A model generated the notes under the pieces. The model was given only the letters and a program-made list of their open reading frames with translations, did no database searches and was not told the origin of the DNA. A DNA stretch of 64,000 nucleotides from Minisyncoccota bacterium (GTDB lineage Bacteria > Patescibacteriota > Minisyncoccia > Phycocordibacterales > GCA-2401445): NCBI GenBank assembly GCA_040879725.1, contig JBBDJV010000015.1:32127-96126 (forward strand), given 5' to 3'. This document shows positions 47,197 to 57,351 of the stretch, piece after piece. The position numbers were made by a program, and so were the translations under genes. Within the stretch, counting starts at the first letter, position 1; each line of letters opens with the position of its first letter.

Positions 47197-49140
47197 ATGC
47201 AAAACGAGCGTCCGGAAGATAATATAGAGCGAATAAAGAGGAAGCTGTATTCACCGCAGGGTACTCGGATTCAACGTGAAAAGACGGTTGAATTGCATAA
47301 GCAGTCCTTTGAGGTACCCGAGGGGTGGCAGGAAGGGGGTGGAGCAAATGCAAAAAATATCGACTATTCTATGGCACGACGTAATTTACATGATCACTCA
47401 CTACTAAAGAAACTACTGCTTGTCGCGGTTGTATTTTTCTGTGTCGCTGTGGGAATATTCTCGTATCTATATTTCGGTGGATTAAACACTATTTCATCTC
47501 AGAATGTCGATATCAGTATTGTTGCTCCTGTTTCAGTTGGTGGAGGAGAAGAGTTACCAATACAACTTACCGTAACCAACCGTAATGCAATTCCGCTTGA
47601 ATCGGTACTATTAACAGTTGAGTTTCCTGAAGGTACACGGTCTCCTACTAACTTAAGTCAGCCGTTGCTTCGGTATACTTATGACTTGGGTGGGATACAG
47701 TCTGGAGATAGCGTAAACCACACGGTCGACGCAATACTTTTCGGTGAAGAAAATAGCATTAAGAATATCAAAGTATCAATTGAGTATCGTGTTCCTGATT
47801 CGAGTGCGCGTTTATATAAAGAGAAAATGTATGAACCGACAATCAGCTCATCGCCTATTCTTGTTGCACTTCAGTCAATTACTGAAACAAGCTCAGGAAA
47901 AGAATTTGAAATGACGATTAACGTTTCTTCAAACTCAAATACTACAGTTGAAGACTTACTCCTTCGAGCAGAATATCCTTTCGGATACCAGTTTGTGAGC
48001 GCAAGTCCTGAGCCGGATTTTGATGACAATGTGTGGCAAATTGGTGATTTGCGACCTGAACAAAAGAAAACTATTACAATCAGAGGGTCACTAACTGGCG
48101 AGGATGGTTCAATGCGCGCGTTTAACTTTTCTGTGGGAAGCCAAGGTGGTTCGGATGAAAAGAACATAGGCATTCCGCTTATATCAAGACAAGAAACAAT
48201 TGAAATAACTCGTCCGTTTATCGGAACATCACTGGCGCTTAACGGTAACTCAAACGGGGACGCGGTAATCCGCGCGGGGCAGACAGTACGTGGAGATATC
48301 ACATACGTAAATAATTTACCAACACAAGTGACTGATGTTCAGATTGAGGTGAAGCTCGCTGGCTCTGTTCTTGATCGCCGTTCTGTTTCAGCAGGTACAG
48401 GATTTTATCGCTCAATCGACGACACAATAGTATGGGAGAAGAGCAGAGTGTCGGATTTAGCAACACTTAATCCAGGTGAAAATGGAACGCTGTCTTTCAG
48501 TGTCTCACCGGTTACCATTACATCCGGAACTCTTTCTTCATTCCAAAACCCGGAGATGTCGTTTGTGGTGAGCGTAAAGGGTACCCGAGTTTCCGAATCA
48601 AATGTTCCGGAGGAAATAACATCAAGTGTTGAATCAAAAGCAACACTCTCATCAAATTTGTCTATTAGGCCTCGATTGGTATACTCTGAGGGTCCATTCG
48701 TAAATACTGGTCCGGTTCCTCCAAAGGTGGAAACGGAAACTGTTTACACCGTGTACTGGACAATAACAAACACAACAAACGACGTTTCGGGCGCGCGGGT
48801 TACCGCTTCGCTTCCATTTTACGCTCGGTGGGTGGGTCAGGTAAGTCCTCCAAATGAGCGCGTAACCTATAATCAGGTGGGAAGTCAGATTGTTTGGGAT
48901 GTGGGCGATGTGTCTGCGGGTAGCGGAATACTTTCAACCCCGCGTGAAGTGGCGTTCCAGGTTGCTATTCTTCCGAGTTTGAGCCAAGTAGGTGTAGCAC
49001 CGAATGTTATCGGAGGAACCCAACTGAGAGGGTTTGATACATTTACTGAAACAACAATTACAGCGGATGCGGATGCAATTACAACACAGCTAAGTAGTGA
49101 TCCGGTATACGGATTTTCAAGTGGACGAGTGGTTGAATAA
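47197..49140 (+). CDS. Membrane-anchored protein with repeated Ig-like (DUF11-like) domains
   Basis: Single TM near the N-terminus followed by beta-rich repeats (ASPEP...WQIGDL, WDVGDV). Confidence 0.7.
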   Translation: MQNERPEDNIERIKRKLYSPQGTRIQREKTVELHKQSFEVPEGWQEGGGANAKNIDYSMARRNLHDHSLLKKLLLVAVVFFCVAVGIFSYLYFGGLNTISSQNVDISIVAPVSVGGGEELPIQLTVTNRNAIPLESVLLTVEFPEGTRSPTNLSQPLLRYTYDLGGIQSGDSVNHTVDAILFGEENSIKNIKVSIEYRVPDSSARLYKEKMYEPTISSSPILVALQSITETSSGKEFEMTINVSSNSNTTVEDLLLRAEYPFGYQFVSASPEPDFDDNVWQIGDLRPEQKKTITIRGSLTGEDGSMRAFNFSVGSQGGSDEKNIGIPLISRQETIEITRPFIGTSLALNGNSNGDAVIRAGQTVRGDITYVNNLPTQVTDVQIEVKLAGSVLDRRSVSAGTGFYRSIDDTIVWEKSRVSDLATLNPGENGTLSFSVSPVTITSGTLSSFQNPEMSFVVSVKGTRVSESNVPEEITSSVESKATLSSNLSIRPRLVYSEGPFVNTGPVPPKVETETVYTVYWTITNTTNDVSGARVTASLPFYARWVGQVSPPNERVTYNQVGSQIVWDVGDVSAGSGILSTPREVAFQVAILPSLSQVGVAPNVIGGTQLRGFDTFTETTITADADAITTQLSSDPVYGFSSGRVVE

Positions 49141-49146
49141 CATTAT

Positions 49147-50526
49147 ATGAGCAAAAAAGAAATTAATAACACAATGGAGCAGGTGGTTTCTCTCGCGAAG
49201 CGACGAGGTTTTATATTTCAAGGTTCAGAAATTTACGATGGACTTGCCGGTACGTGGGACTACGGACCGCTTGGTGTTGCTCTTAAAAACAATATCAAGC
49301 AACTATGGTGGAGGCGTTTCGTCGAATCACGTGAAGATATGTATGGCGTGGACGCGGCAATTTTAATGAATCAGAATGTTTGGAAAGCGAGCGGACACGT
49401 GGGAGGTTTTAACGACCCTCTTGTTGATGATACAAAAACAAAAAAACGGTACCGCGCAGACCATTTACTTGAAGAAAATGGGGTTAACCCTATAGGAATG
49501 TCACTGGCGGACATGAATGCGTGCATAAAGGAAAAGGGAATAAAGAGTCCTGATGGAAATCCGCTCGGCGAAGTGAGACAGTTTAACATGATGTTCAAAA
49601 CACATGTCGGGGCAACCGAAGATGAGAATGCCATCTCATACCTTCGCCCAGAGACCGCGCAGGGTATGTTTGTTAATTTTAAAAATGTGATGGATTCGTT
49701 TAGTCCCAAACTGCCGTTTGGTTTGGGGCAAATAGGTAAAGCATTTCGAAATGAAATCGCACCTCGTGACTTCATTTTCAGAACAAGAGAGTTTGAGCAA
49801 ATGGAAGTTGAGTACTTTGTACACCCAAATGACTGGGAGCGAGCATTTGAAGAGTGGAGACTTGAAATGCATGCATTTATTGCCGATATTGGTTTACCTG
49901 AAGACAGAGTGCATGATCTTGAGGTTGCGGATGGTGATCGAGCCCATTATTCAAAGCGTACTATTGATATTGAATTCGATTATCCTTTCGGACGAAAGGA
50001 ATTGTATGGTCTTGCGTACCGAACAGACTACGATTTGAAGAAACATCAGGAGTTCAGTGGAGAATCACTTGAATACTTTGATCAGGAAACGCGAGAAAAG
50101 TTTGTTCCGCATGTTATAGAGCCGTCACTGGGTCTTGATAGAACGGTTCTTGCGGTTCTTACAAGCGCGTATACGGAAGACGATTTAGGAGGGGAGAAGC
50201 GTGTGTACTTAAAATTTTCACCTCGTATTGCACCAGTACAGGTGGCAGTATTTCCGCTTCTCAAGAATAAACCTGATTTGGTGGAAAAAGCCAGAGAGGT
50301 ATTTGCTCTCCTCAAGAGTGAAGGGTTCCGCACCCGTTTTGATGATAATGGAAATATCGGAAAGCGATACAGAAGACAAGATGAGATAGGAACACCATTT
50401 TGTGTGACGATAGACTTTGACACCATTGAAAAAGATTCTACTGTAACAGTAAGAAATAGAGATACCGGTAAGCAAGAGAGAGTTCCTCTTGATTCACTCA
50501 TAGCAGAAATCAAAAAACACCTTTAG
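49147..50526 (+). CDS. glyQS: Glycine--tRNA ligase (alpha2 type)
   Basis: KRRGF, YLRPETAQGMF, FRNEI.PR.FIFRTREFEQME, VIEPSLG, IGKRYRRQDEIGTP. Confidence 0.96.
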   Translation: MSKKEINNTMEQVVSLAKRRGFIFQGSEIYDGLAGTWDYGPLGVALKNNIKQLWWRRFVESREDMYGVDAAILMNQNVWKASGHVGGFNDPLVDDTKTKKRYRADHLLEENGVNPIGMSLADMNACIKEKGIKSPDGNPLGEVRQFNMMFKTHVGATEDENAISYLRPETAQGMFVNFKNVMDSFSPKLPFGLGQIGKAFRNEIAPRDFIFRTREFEQMEVEYFVHPNDWERAFEEWRLEMHAFIADIGLPEDRVHDLEVADGDRAHYSKRTIDIEFDYPFGRKELYGLAYRTDYDLKKHQEFSGESLEYFDQETREKFVPHVIEPSLGLDRTVLAVLTSAYTEDDLGGEKRVYLKFSPRIAPVQVAVFPLLKNKPDLVEKAREVFALLKSEGFRTRFDDNGNIGKRYRRQDEIGTPFCVTIDFDTIEKDSTVTVRNRDTGKQERVPLDSLIAEIKKHL

Positions 50527-50536
50527 GTGTTTTTTG
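50511..50536. terminator. Terminator-like hairpin overlapping the glyQS stop
   Basis: CAAAAAACACCT-tt-AGGTGTTTTTTG. Confidence 0.6.
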
Positions 50537-50571
50537 TTTCCATAGTCATATTTTTTTGATAGACTGCCTGA

Positions 50572-51840
50572 ATGAAACCAAAAAAATATATTCTGAACAA
50601 TGGAATTCGCCTTGTTGTGGCGCCCATGAAAGATAACCCTACCGTAACAGCTTTAGTGCTGGTTGAAGCCGGTTCAAAGTATGAAAAAAAGGAGGAAAAT
50701 GGTATTTCTCATTTTCTTGAACATATGATGTTTAAGGGAACTCTTAAACGCCCGCGTGCACTTGATATTAGCCGGGAGCTTGATGCTCTTGGTGCTGAGT
50801 ACAACGCATTTACATCACAGGAATTTACCGGTTACTACGCAAAAGCTAACAAAAAACATGCAGAAAAAGTGGTTGATGTTGTGGCGGATATTTTTCAAAA
50901 CCCAACGTTTCCCGAAGTGGAATTAAACCGTGAGCGAGGAGTGATTATCGAGGAGATAAATATGTACGAAGACATGCCTCATCGCATGGTACACGATGTA
51001 TTTATGGAGTTGCTCTACGGAGACCAGCCAGCTGGCTGGGGTATAGCCGGAACAAAAGAGGTTATAAAGAGTGTAAAACCCGAACAGTTTAGAAACTACC
51101 ACACGGCTCACTACGTACCTGAGGCAACGACTGTTGTTATTGCAGGTGCGATAACAACGGGAGACGCAAAGAAACTCGCAGAAAAATATTTTGGGGAAAT
51201 GAAAAAAGCGAAAAAATCTCCAAAGAAAAAAGTAAAAGAATCTCAAAAGGCTCCACAGATAAAGATTAGAGAAAAGAAAACAGATCAAATGCATCTAGTG
51301 CTTGGTGTGCGTACGTTTAGTATGACACACATGGATGATGTCGTACTCTCAGTGCTTTCGGGAGTGCTTTCGGGCGGAATGAGTTCTCGGCTATTTCAGA
51401 AAATGCGAGAAGAGCTTGGGGTTTGTTACTACGTACGTGCAACAAATGATGCCTATACTGACCATGGAGTACTCACTATTTCAGCGGGAATTGATAAATC
51501 ACGACTACACGAAGTTATTGAAGTGTTACTGTCTGAACTTAAACGGCTCACTGTCGAAAAAGTAGATGAAAGCGAACTGAAAAAAGTAAAAGAGTATTTG
51601 ATTGGAACGTACTTACTTCGGATGGAAACAAGTGACGCGGTGGGGCAGAGTTTTGGATTTGAAGAATGCCTAAAACACTCAGTAAAAGGAGTGGCTGAAA
51701 CTATTGCGGAAGTAAAGGCGGTTACAGGCGAAGATATTAAACGTGTCGCAAAAAAGATTATGAAAAACGATCGTCTTAATTTGGCGATTATTGGGAGCGG
51801 AGTTGATGAAAAAGCTATTAAAAAGATTTTGACATTCTAA
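50572..51840 (+). CDS. M16 family zinc peptidase
   Basis: Inverted zincin HFLEH, NAFTS, ERGVIIEEI, GGMSSRLFQ. Confidence 0.93.
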   Translation: MKPKKYILNNGIRLVVAPMKDNPTVTALVLVEAGSKYEKKEENGISHFLEHMMFKGTLKRPRALDISRELDALGAEYNAFTSQEFTGYYAKANKKHAEKVVDVVADIFQNPTFPEVELNRERGVIIEEINMYEDMPHRMVHDVFMELLYGDQPAGWGIAGTKEVIKSVKPEQFRNYHTAHYVPEATTVVIAGAITTGDAKKLAEKYFGEMKKAKKSPKKKVKESQKAPQIKIREKKTDQMHLVLGVRTFSMTHMDDVVLSVLSGVLSGGMSSRLFQKMREELGVCYYVRATNDAYTDHGVLTISAGIDKSRLHEVIEVLLSELKRLTVEKVDESELKKVKEYLIGTYLLRMETSDAVGQSFGFEECLKHSVKGVAETIAEVKAVTGEDIKRVAKKIMKNDRLNLAIIGSGVDEKAIKKILTF

Positions 51841-51869
51841 GAGGTGCGTCCTTGTGGTATTATGAAGGC

Positions 51870-52973
51870 ATGCGGTATGAGAATACTCCTATTTCTATAA
51901 CCATCACATCGGGAACAATAATAAAAGTTCTCCTCCTTCTTGTTACGGTATATCTGCTTTTTGTATTGAAAGATATCGTAATGGTTATTCTGACATCCGT
52001 GGTTATTGCTTCAGCGGTGGAGCCGTGGACACTTTGGTTTGAAAAACGAGGTATGCGCAGACTTCCTGCAGTTATGGTTATCTACGGTACTGTTGCGCTA
52101 TCGGCAATAGCATTTTTCTACCTTTTCCTTCCACCACTCCTTGACGAAACGGCTGGATTACTTCGTACACTTCCTGCGTATCTTGAATCTACTGAACTAT
52201 GGGATCCTGGGAATACCGACAATGCACTTATTAATATAAGTAATACTTTCGAAGAGTTGGGAGATTCATTTTCAACGAGAGATTTACTCGGTAGTGTTCA
52301 GTCGAGCATCTCAAACATCTCCGCCGGGTTTATCAGAACCGCAAGTGTATTTTTCGGTGGCTTACTTAGCTTTGTAATTATTGTGGTACTTTCTTTTTAC
52401 TTGGCGGTACAAAAAGGAGGCGTTGAGTCTTTCTTACGTATAGTTACTCCAATCAAAAACGAGACATATATTATTGGTTTGTGGCAGAGGTCTCAAATGA
52501 AAATAGGGCAGTGGATGCAGGGACAGTTACTGCTTGGTGTTATTGTTGGAGTGTTGGTATACCTCGGACTTTCTATTTTGGGAGTTCCGTATGCGTTCCT
52601 TCTCGCCCTTCTTGCTGCGGTTCTCGAGTTGGTACCACTCTTTGGTCCGATTATCGCCGCAATACCAGCTGTTGGAATTGCATTTGGTGACGGGGGAGTG
52701 ACAGCGGTACTTCTTGTTGTAGGTCTCTATGTTATCATTCAACAATTCGAAAATCATCTCATTTATCCCCTTGTTGTACGGAAAGTGGTCGGCGTGCCTC
52801 CTCTATTGGTAATCTTGGCGCTTCTTGTCGGAGCTAAACTTGCTGGTTTCCTCGGAGTGCTCCTTGCGGTCCCTATCGCCGCAGCGCTTCGAGAGTATCT
52901 CTTCGATGTGGAAGTGAATAGAAAGAAGGCTGAAGAGGTGCTTGCGGACGATGCCCAACATGAGGTAAGGTAG
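51870..52973 (+). CDS. AI-2E family transporter
   Basis: Multi-TM; GQLLLG, IQQFENHLIYPLV, GVLLAVP motifs. Confidence 0.9.
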   Translation: MRYENTPISITITSGTIIKVLLLLVTVYLLFVLKDIVMVILTSVVIASAVEPWTLWFEKRGMRRLPAVMVIYGTVALSAIAFFYLFLPPLLDETAGLLRTLPAYLESTELWDPGNTDNALINISNTFEELGDSFSTRDLLGSVQSSISNISAGFIRTASVFFGGLLSFVIIVVLSFYLAVQKGGVESFLRIVTPIKNETYIIGLWQRSQMKIGQWMQGQLLLGVIVGVLVYLGLSILGVPYAFLLALLAAVLELVPLFGPIIAAIPAVGIAFGDGGVTAVLLVVGLYVIIQQFENHLIYPLVVRKVVGVPPLLVILALLVGAKLAGFLGVLLAVPIAAALREYLFDVEVNRKKAEEVLADDAQHEVR

Positions 52974-52978
52974 AGCAA

Positions 52979-54415
52979 ATGGACAAAAAACCTGTTTATA
53001 TAACAACAACACTTCCGTATGTTAATGCAGAACCGCATATTGGTTTTGCTATGGAAATTGTGCGAGCTGATGCTCTAGCACGGTTTTTTAGAAATGAAGG
53101 TCATGACGTTTTTTTTAATACCGGAACCGATGAGCACGGCACAAAGATATATGAGAAAGCACGCGAGCTCGGGGAAGATACGCAAACGTTTACAGACCGT
53201 TTGGCGGAGAGATTTTTGGATCTTACTCGCGAACTGGGTATTTCAAATGATGCGTTTATCCGAACAACAAACGAACATCATAAACATTCAGCTCAGACAT
53301 TTTGGAAACTCGTAGATAGCAATGGGTATATTTACAAGAAAAAGTACAAGGGACTATATTGCGTGGGGTGTGAGCTGTTTGTAACCGAAAAAGATTTAGT
53401 GGATGGAAAGTGTCCGCATCACCCAACTAAAAAGCCAGAAATTTTAGAAGAGGAAAATTACTTTTTTAAATTCAGCGCATTTCAAGATGCATTAGAGAAG
53501 TATTATGCAGTGAATAAAACGTTCGTAACTCCTGATTTTCGTTTTAATGAAATAAAGGCTTTTCTTGGAAGGGGTTTGGAGGATTTCAGTATTTCACGTT
53601 CCAAAGAACGTATGCCGTGGGGGGTTCCTGTCCCGGGAGATGATACACAAGTGATGTATGTTTGGTTTGATGCGTTGGTAAATTACATTTCAACACTTGG
53701 GTGGCCTGAAGATACGGAAGGGAAGTATAAAACTTTTTGGGAAAATGGAGTGACAATACAGTATGCCGGTAAGGATAATCTCCGCCAGCAGTCTGCGATG
53801 TGGCAGGCAATGCTTCTATCTGCGGGTATTCCTTGTACGAACAACATCATAATCAACGGTTTTATTATGAGTGACGGACAAAAGATGAGTAAGTCACTCG
53901 GTAATGTAATTGACCCATTTGAGATAGTTTCAGAATATGGACGCGATGCTCTCCGTGCGTTTTTGTTACTCGAACTCTCTTCTTTTGAAGATAGTGACTT
54001 TACTATTGAACGCTTTAAAAGTGCGTACAATGCAAATATGGCAAATGGTATTGGCAACTTGTCTTCAAGAATTATGAAGCTTGCCGAGAAACATATTTCG
54101 CCAGTTAAAAAATTGGATAGTGAATTGCCAAGTGATTATCGGGAAGCTTTTGAAGAGTATAATTTACAACGTTCAGCGCAAATTGCGTGGCACTATATCC
54201 GTGACCTTGATAGGTATATACAAGAAACAGAACCATTTAAGGTGATTAAAGAGGATGAAGCTCGAGGGATAGAATTAATTGCGGAAACTGTTGTGCGGTT
54301 AGGGAAGATAGCTTATATGCTTATGCCGTTTATACCTGACACAAGTGAAAAAATCCTTGAGCATATCAGAGAAAATAAATCTTTCACTACTCCACTTTTC
54401 CTGCGAAAAGAATAA
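52979..54415 (+). CDS. metG: Methionine--tRNA ligase (short form)
   Basis: YVNAEPHIG, TGTDEHG, YVWFDAL.NY, KMSKS. Confidence 0.96.
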   Translation: MDKKPVYITTTLPYVNAEPHIGFAMEIVRADALARFFRNEGHDVFFNTGTDEHGTKIYEKARELGEDTQTFTDRLAERFLDLTRELGISNDAFIRTTNEHHKHSAQTFWKLVDSNGYIYKKKYKGLYCVGCELFVTEKDLVDGKCPHHPTKKPEILEEENYFFKFSAFQDALEKYYAVNKTFVTPDFRFNEIKAFLGRGLEDFSISRSKERMPWGVPVPGDDTQVMYVWFDALVNYISTLGWPEDTEGKYKTFWENGVTIQYAGKDNLRQQSAMWQAMLLSAGIPCTNNIIINGFIMSDGQKMSKSLGNVIDPFEIVSEYGRDALRAFLLLELSSFEDSDFTIERFKSAYNANMANGIGNLSSRIMKLAEKHISPVKKLDSELPSDYREAFEEYNLQRSAQIAWHYIRDLDRYIQETEPFKVIKEDEARGIELIAETVVRLGKIAYMLMPFIPDTSEKILEHIRENKSFTTPLFLRKE

Positions 54416-54416
54416 T

Positions 54417-55754
54417 ATGCGGTTTTTTAGTACAAGCAATAAAGAACGCACATTGATTCGTTCTTCGTTCAAAGAAGTTATTATGGAAGGACAGGCGCCT
54501 GACGGAGGTTTGTACATGCCTGAGTACATACCTTCATTTTCTGAAGAAGAGCTTTCCTCACTTTCTAAGTGTTCGCTTAGTGAGTGTGCGTACGCTTTGC
54601 TTTCAAAGTATGTAGAGGGAGAAATTCCTGATACTGAACTCAAGTCGCTTTTAAATGACGCGTATACATTTGAAGTTCCTATTCAGCCTGTGTACGGGGA
54701 ACACTCTATTATGCGTCTTGATGAAGGTCCTACGGCATCATTTAAAGATATCGCTGCGCAGGCAATGGCTCGCATGGTGGGATACTTTTTAAAACAAGAT
54801 AAAAAAGAGTCTGTAATACTCGTTGCGACATCAGGAGACACGGGGAGCGCGGTGGCTCATGCGTACCACAAAATTCCCGGTGTTACAGTAGTTATTCTTT
54901 TTCCTGAAGGGGAGGTAAGCGAGCGACAGCGCAAACAGATGACGACATTAAAAGATAATGTACACGCTATTGCGGTTAAGGGTAAATTTGATGATTGCCA
55001 AAGAATGGTAAAGAAAGCATTTGCTGATACAAAACTGGCAGAGTATCCTCTTACTTCAGCAAACTCTATTAACTTGGGTCGCTTGTTACCGCAGGCATCG
55101 TATTACCTATACGCGTATGCGCAGATCAATAAACCGTTGGTGTACGCTATACCATCCGGAAATTTTGGGAATATGATGGGTGGGATGATCGCAAGCCGTA
55201 TGGGAGTGCCAGTGGTAAAGTTTGTTATCGGAGTGAATGATAACGATTCATTTCCTCTGTTCCTCAAGACGGATACATTTTCTCCTATCACTCCTTCACG
55301 AAATAGTATCTCAAATGCGATGAATGTTGGACATCCGAGCAACTTAGCTCGAATAGTTTCTCTCTTTGGTGGAACGCTCGATGGAGCGGGGAATATGGAA
55401 GTACAGCCCAACATGAATGAAATGCGCAGCGAGCTCGTAAGTGTTTCTGTAAATGACGCAGAAACAAAAGCCGTCATGAAGAAAGTATACGATGAATACG
55501 GAGTGATACTGGAACCTCACGGGGCGGTTGGGTGGTCTGCACTTCACGAAAAACATCCTGAACTCACAGCTTACCCAAGCATTGTTATTGAAACGGCACA
55601 TCCAGCGAAATTCAACACTACGGTAAAAGAGGTGCTTAATGTCGAGCCTCCGCTTCCTGAAAGTATTTCGGTACCACTTTCAAAGGAGGAAGAATACACA
55701 ACTATTTCATCTGAGTATGATGAATTTGTTTCAACACTTTTAAAAATAATATGA
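54417..55754 (+). CDS. thrC: Threonine synthase
   Basis: APDGGLYMP, GPTASFKD (PLP Lys), ATSGDTG, SANSINLGRL, PSGNFGN, TAHPAKF. Start reset to MRFFST. Confidence 0.92.
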   Translation: MRFFSTSNKERTLIRSSFKEVIMEGQAPDGGLYMPEYIPSFSEEELSSLSKCSLSECAYALLSKYVEGEIPDTELKSLLNDAYTFEVPIQPVYGEHSIMRLDEGPTASFKDIAAQAMARMVGYFLKQDKKESVILVATSGDTGSAVAHAYHKIPGVTVVILFPEGEVSERQRKQMTTLKDNVHAIAVKGKFDDCQRMVKKAFADTKLAEYPLTSANSINLGRLLPQASYYLYAYAQINKPLVYAIPSGNFGNMMGGMIASRMGVPVVKFVIGVNDNDSFPLFLKTDTFSPITPSRNSISNAMNVGHPSNLARIVSLFGGTLDGAGNMEVQPNMNEMRSELVSVSVNDAETKAVMKKVYDEYGVILEPHGAVGWSALHEKHPELTAYPSIVIETAHPAKFNTTVKEVLNVEPPLPESISVPLSKEEEYTTISSEYDEFVSTLLKII

Positions 55755-56593
55755 AATACATCGACATACATGCGCACCTAAACTTTGCGGTGTACCAAGA
55801 CGACTTATCTGAAGTTGTAAAACGAACAGAAGAAGCAGAAGTAGCGGTTATTAATGTAGGGACACAGAAGAATACTTCAGAAAAAGCGGTACAGCTCGCT
55901 CTCGCACATAAACACATGTACGCTATTGTCGGTCTACATCCTATTCATACGGAAGCGTGTTTCCATGATGAAAGCGAGTTAGGGGCAGGCAATGATGCAT
56001 TTACTTCTCGAGGTGAGGAGTTTGATTATGAATTCTATAAAACATTAGGTAAGAGTGAAAAAGTTGTGGGGATAGGTGAGTGTGGACTCGATTATTTTCG
56101 GTTAACTGATGGTTCGTACTCGGCTCAGAGTGAAGCTTTTGATGCACAGCTAAGACTTGCTGAAGAGTTAAAAAAGCCAGTTATGCTCCATACGCGCCCA
56201 CAGAAAGGTGTGGGAAGGAGAGTGTACGCTGATGTGCTTGAGCATTTGAAACGCTATCCAAATGTTGTTGGTAATTTACATTTTTTTGCCGGTACGTGGG
56301 AAGAAGCAAAGGAATTTTTAAATATCGGATACACACTGTCTGCAACGGGAGTTATTACTTTTGTTACTGATTACCACGAAGTTATAAAAAATATTCCACT
56401 TGAAAGTTTGATGTCTGAAACAGACTGTCCTTATGTTACGCCTGTGCCATTTAGGGGGCAGAGGAACGAACCAATACATGTGCGAGAGGTAGTAAAGAAG
56501 ATAGCTGAAATTAAAAATCTTCCGTTAGAAGAAGTGCGAATTCAGTTACTTAAGAACGCAGAAAGGGTTTTTGGTATTAGTCTTAGTTCGTAA
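55751..56593 (+). CDS. tatD: TatD family deoxyribonuclease
   Basis: DIHAH, GLHP, IGECGLDY, ETDCPY, RNEP. Confidence 0.93.
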   Translation: MKYIDIHAHLNFAVYQDDLSEVVKRTEEAEVAVINVGTQKNTSEKAVQLALAHKHMYAIVGLHPIHTEACFHDESELGAGNDAFTSRGEEFDYEFYKTLGKSEKVVGIGECGLDYFRLTDGSYSAQSEAFDAQLRLAEELKKPVMLHTRPQKGVGRRVYADVLEHLKRYPNVVGNLHFFAGTWEEAKEFLNIGYTLSATGVITFVTDYHEVIKNIPLESLMSETDCPYVTPVPFRGQRNEPIHVREVVKKIAEIKNLPLEEVRIQLLKNAERVFGISLSS

Positions 56594-56715
56594 TTTCCTT
56601 ATAGAAGCTCAAAGGAAGGTGGAAATATAAGGGTATTGGATATTCGGGTAAGCTATCTCTCTTATTTGCAGCACTACTTGCTCGATAAGGCTCTTTTGTG
56701 GTACTCTTATGCCCA

Positions 56716-56765
56716 CGTAGGTTACTTGTCGGGTAGCTCTACGAATCCAAGGATAATCCTTGGAT
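56716..56765 (+). promoter_or_regulatory. Structured rpsF leader (hairpin plus palindrome)
   Basis: CGTAG-GTTAC...GTAGC-T-CTACG hairpin after an extended -10 (TGGTACTCT), then ATCCAAGGAT-A-ATCCTTGGAT (56745-56765). Confidence 0.4.
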
Positions 56766-56784
56766 AGTAAATTAACAACACATT

Positions 56785-57306
56785 ATGTCAGAAAAAATGC
56801 ATGATGATATGCCGGAGGTAAAAGTATATGAAATAGGATACTGGCTCTCTCCGCTCATTGCCGAAGAACACGTTGGGCAGCATGTCACTGAGATTAAGGA
56901 TATGTTGGAAAAAGCAGGTGCAAACATGATTTCGGAAGAATTTCCGAGAGAACGAGCACTTGCCTACCCGATAACTCAGTCTGTTGAACACAAAAACACT
57001 GTGTTTACCAAAGGATACTTCGGATGGGTGAAGTTTGAGCTTACACCAAACGCTATCAAAGAAGTCGAAGACTTTATGAGAAGCTACCAGTTGGCGTTTC
57101 GTTATATTGTTATTCTAACAGTAAAAGAAAACACCATTTCAGAAAAACGGGTAGCTGAAGTAAAGAAGGGTGAGCCTGTAGGAGAGAAGACTCCTCAGTC
57201 AAGCGCAGAAGGTGATTCTCTTGCAAAGAGCAAGAAAAAGACCGGCGATGACCCAATATCTGAAGAAGACCTCGATAAGACCATTGATGATCTTGTCATT
57301 GAGTAG
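56785..57306 (+). CDS. rpsF: 30S ribosomal protein S6 with acidic C-terminal extension
   Basis: YEIGY...LAYPI...GYFGW pattern; rpsF-ssb-rpsR synteny. Confidence 0.88.
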   Translation: MSEKMHDDMPEVKVYEIGYWLSPLIAEEHVGQHVTEIKDMLEKAGANMISEEFPRERALAYPITQSVEHKNTVFTKGYFGWVKFELTPNAIKEVEDFMRSYQLAFRYIVILTVKENTISEKRVAEVKKGEPVGEKTPQSSAEGDSLAKSKKKTGDDPISEEDLDKTIDDLVIE

Positions 57307-57351
57307 TACTATTAAGTTACTTCAGTCTCTTATTAACTAACTGAAAACGGT

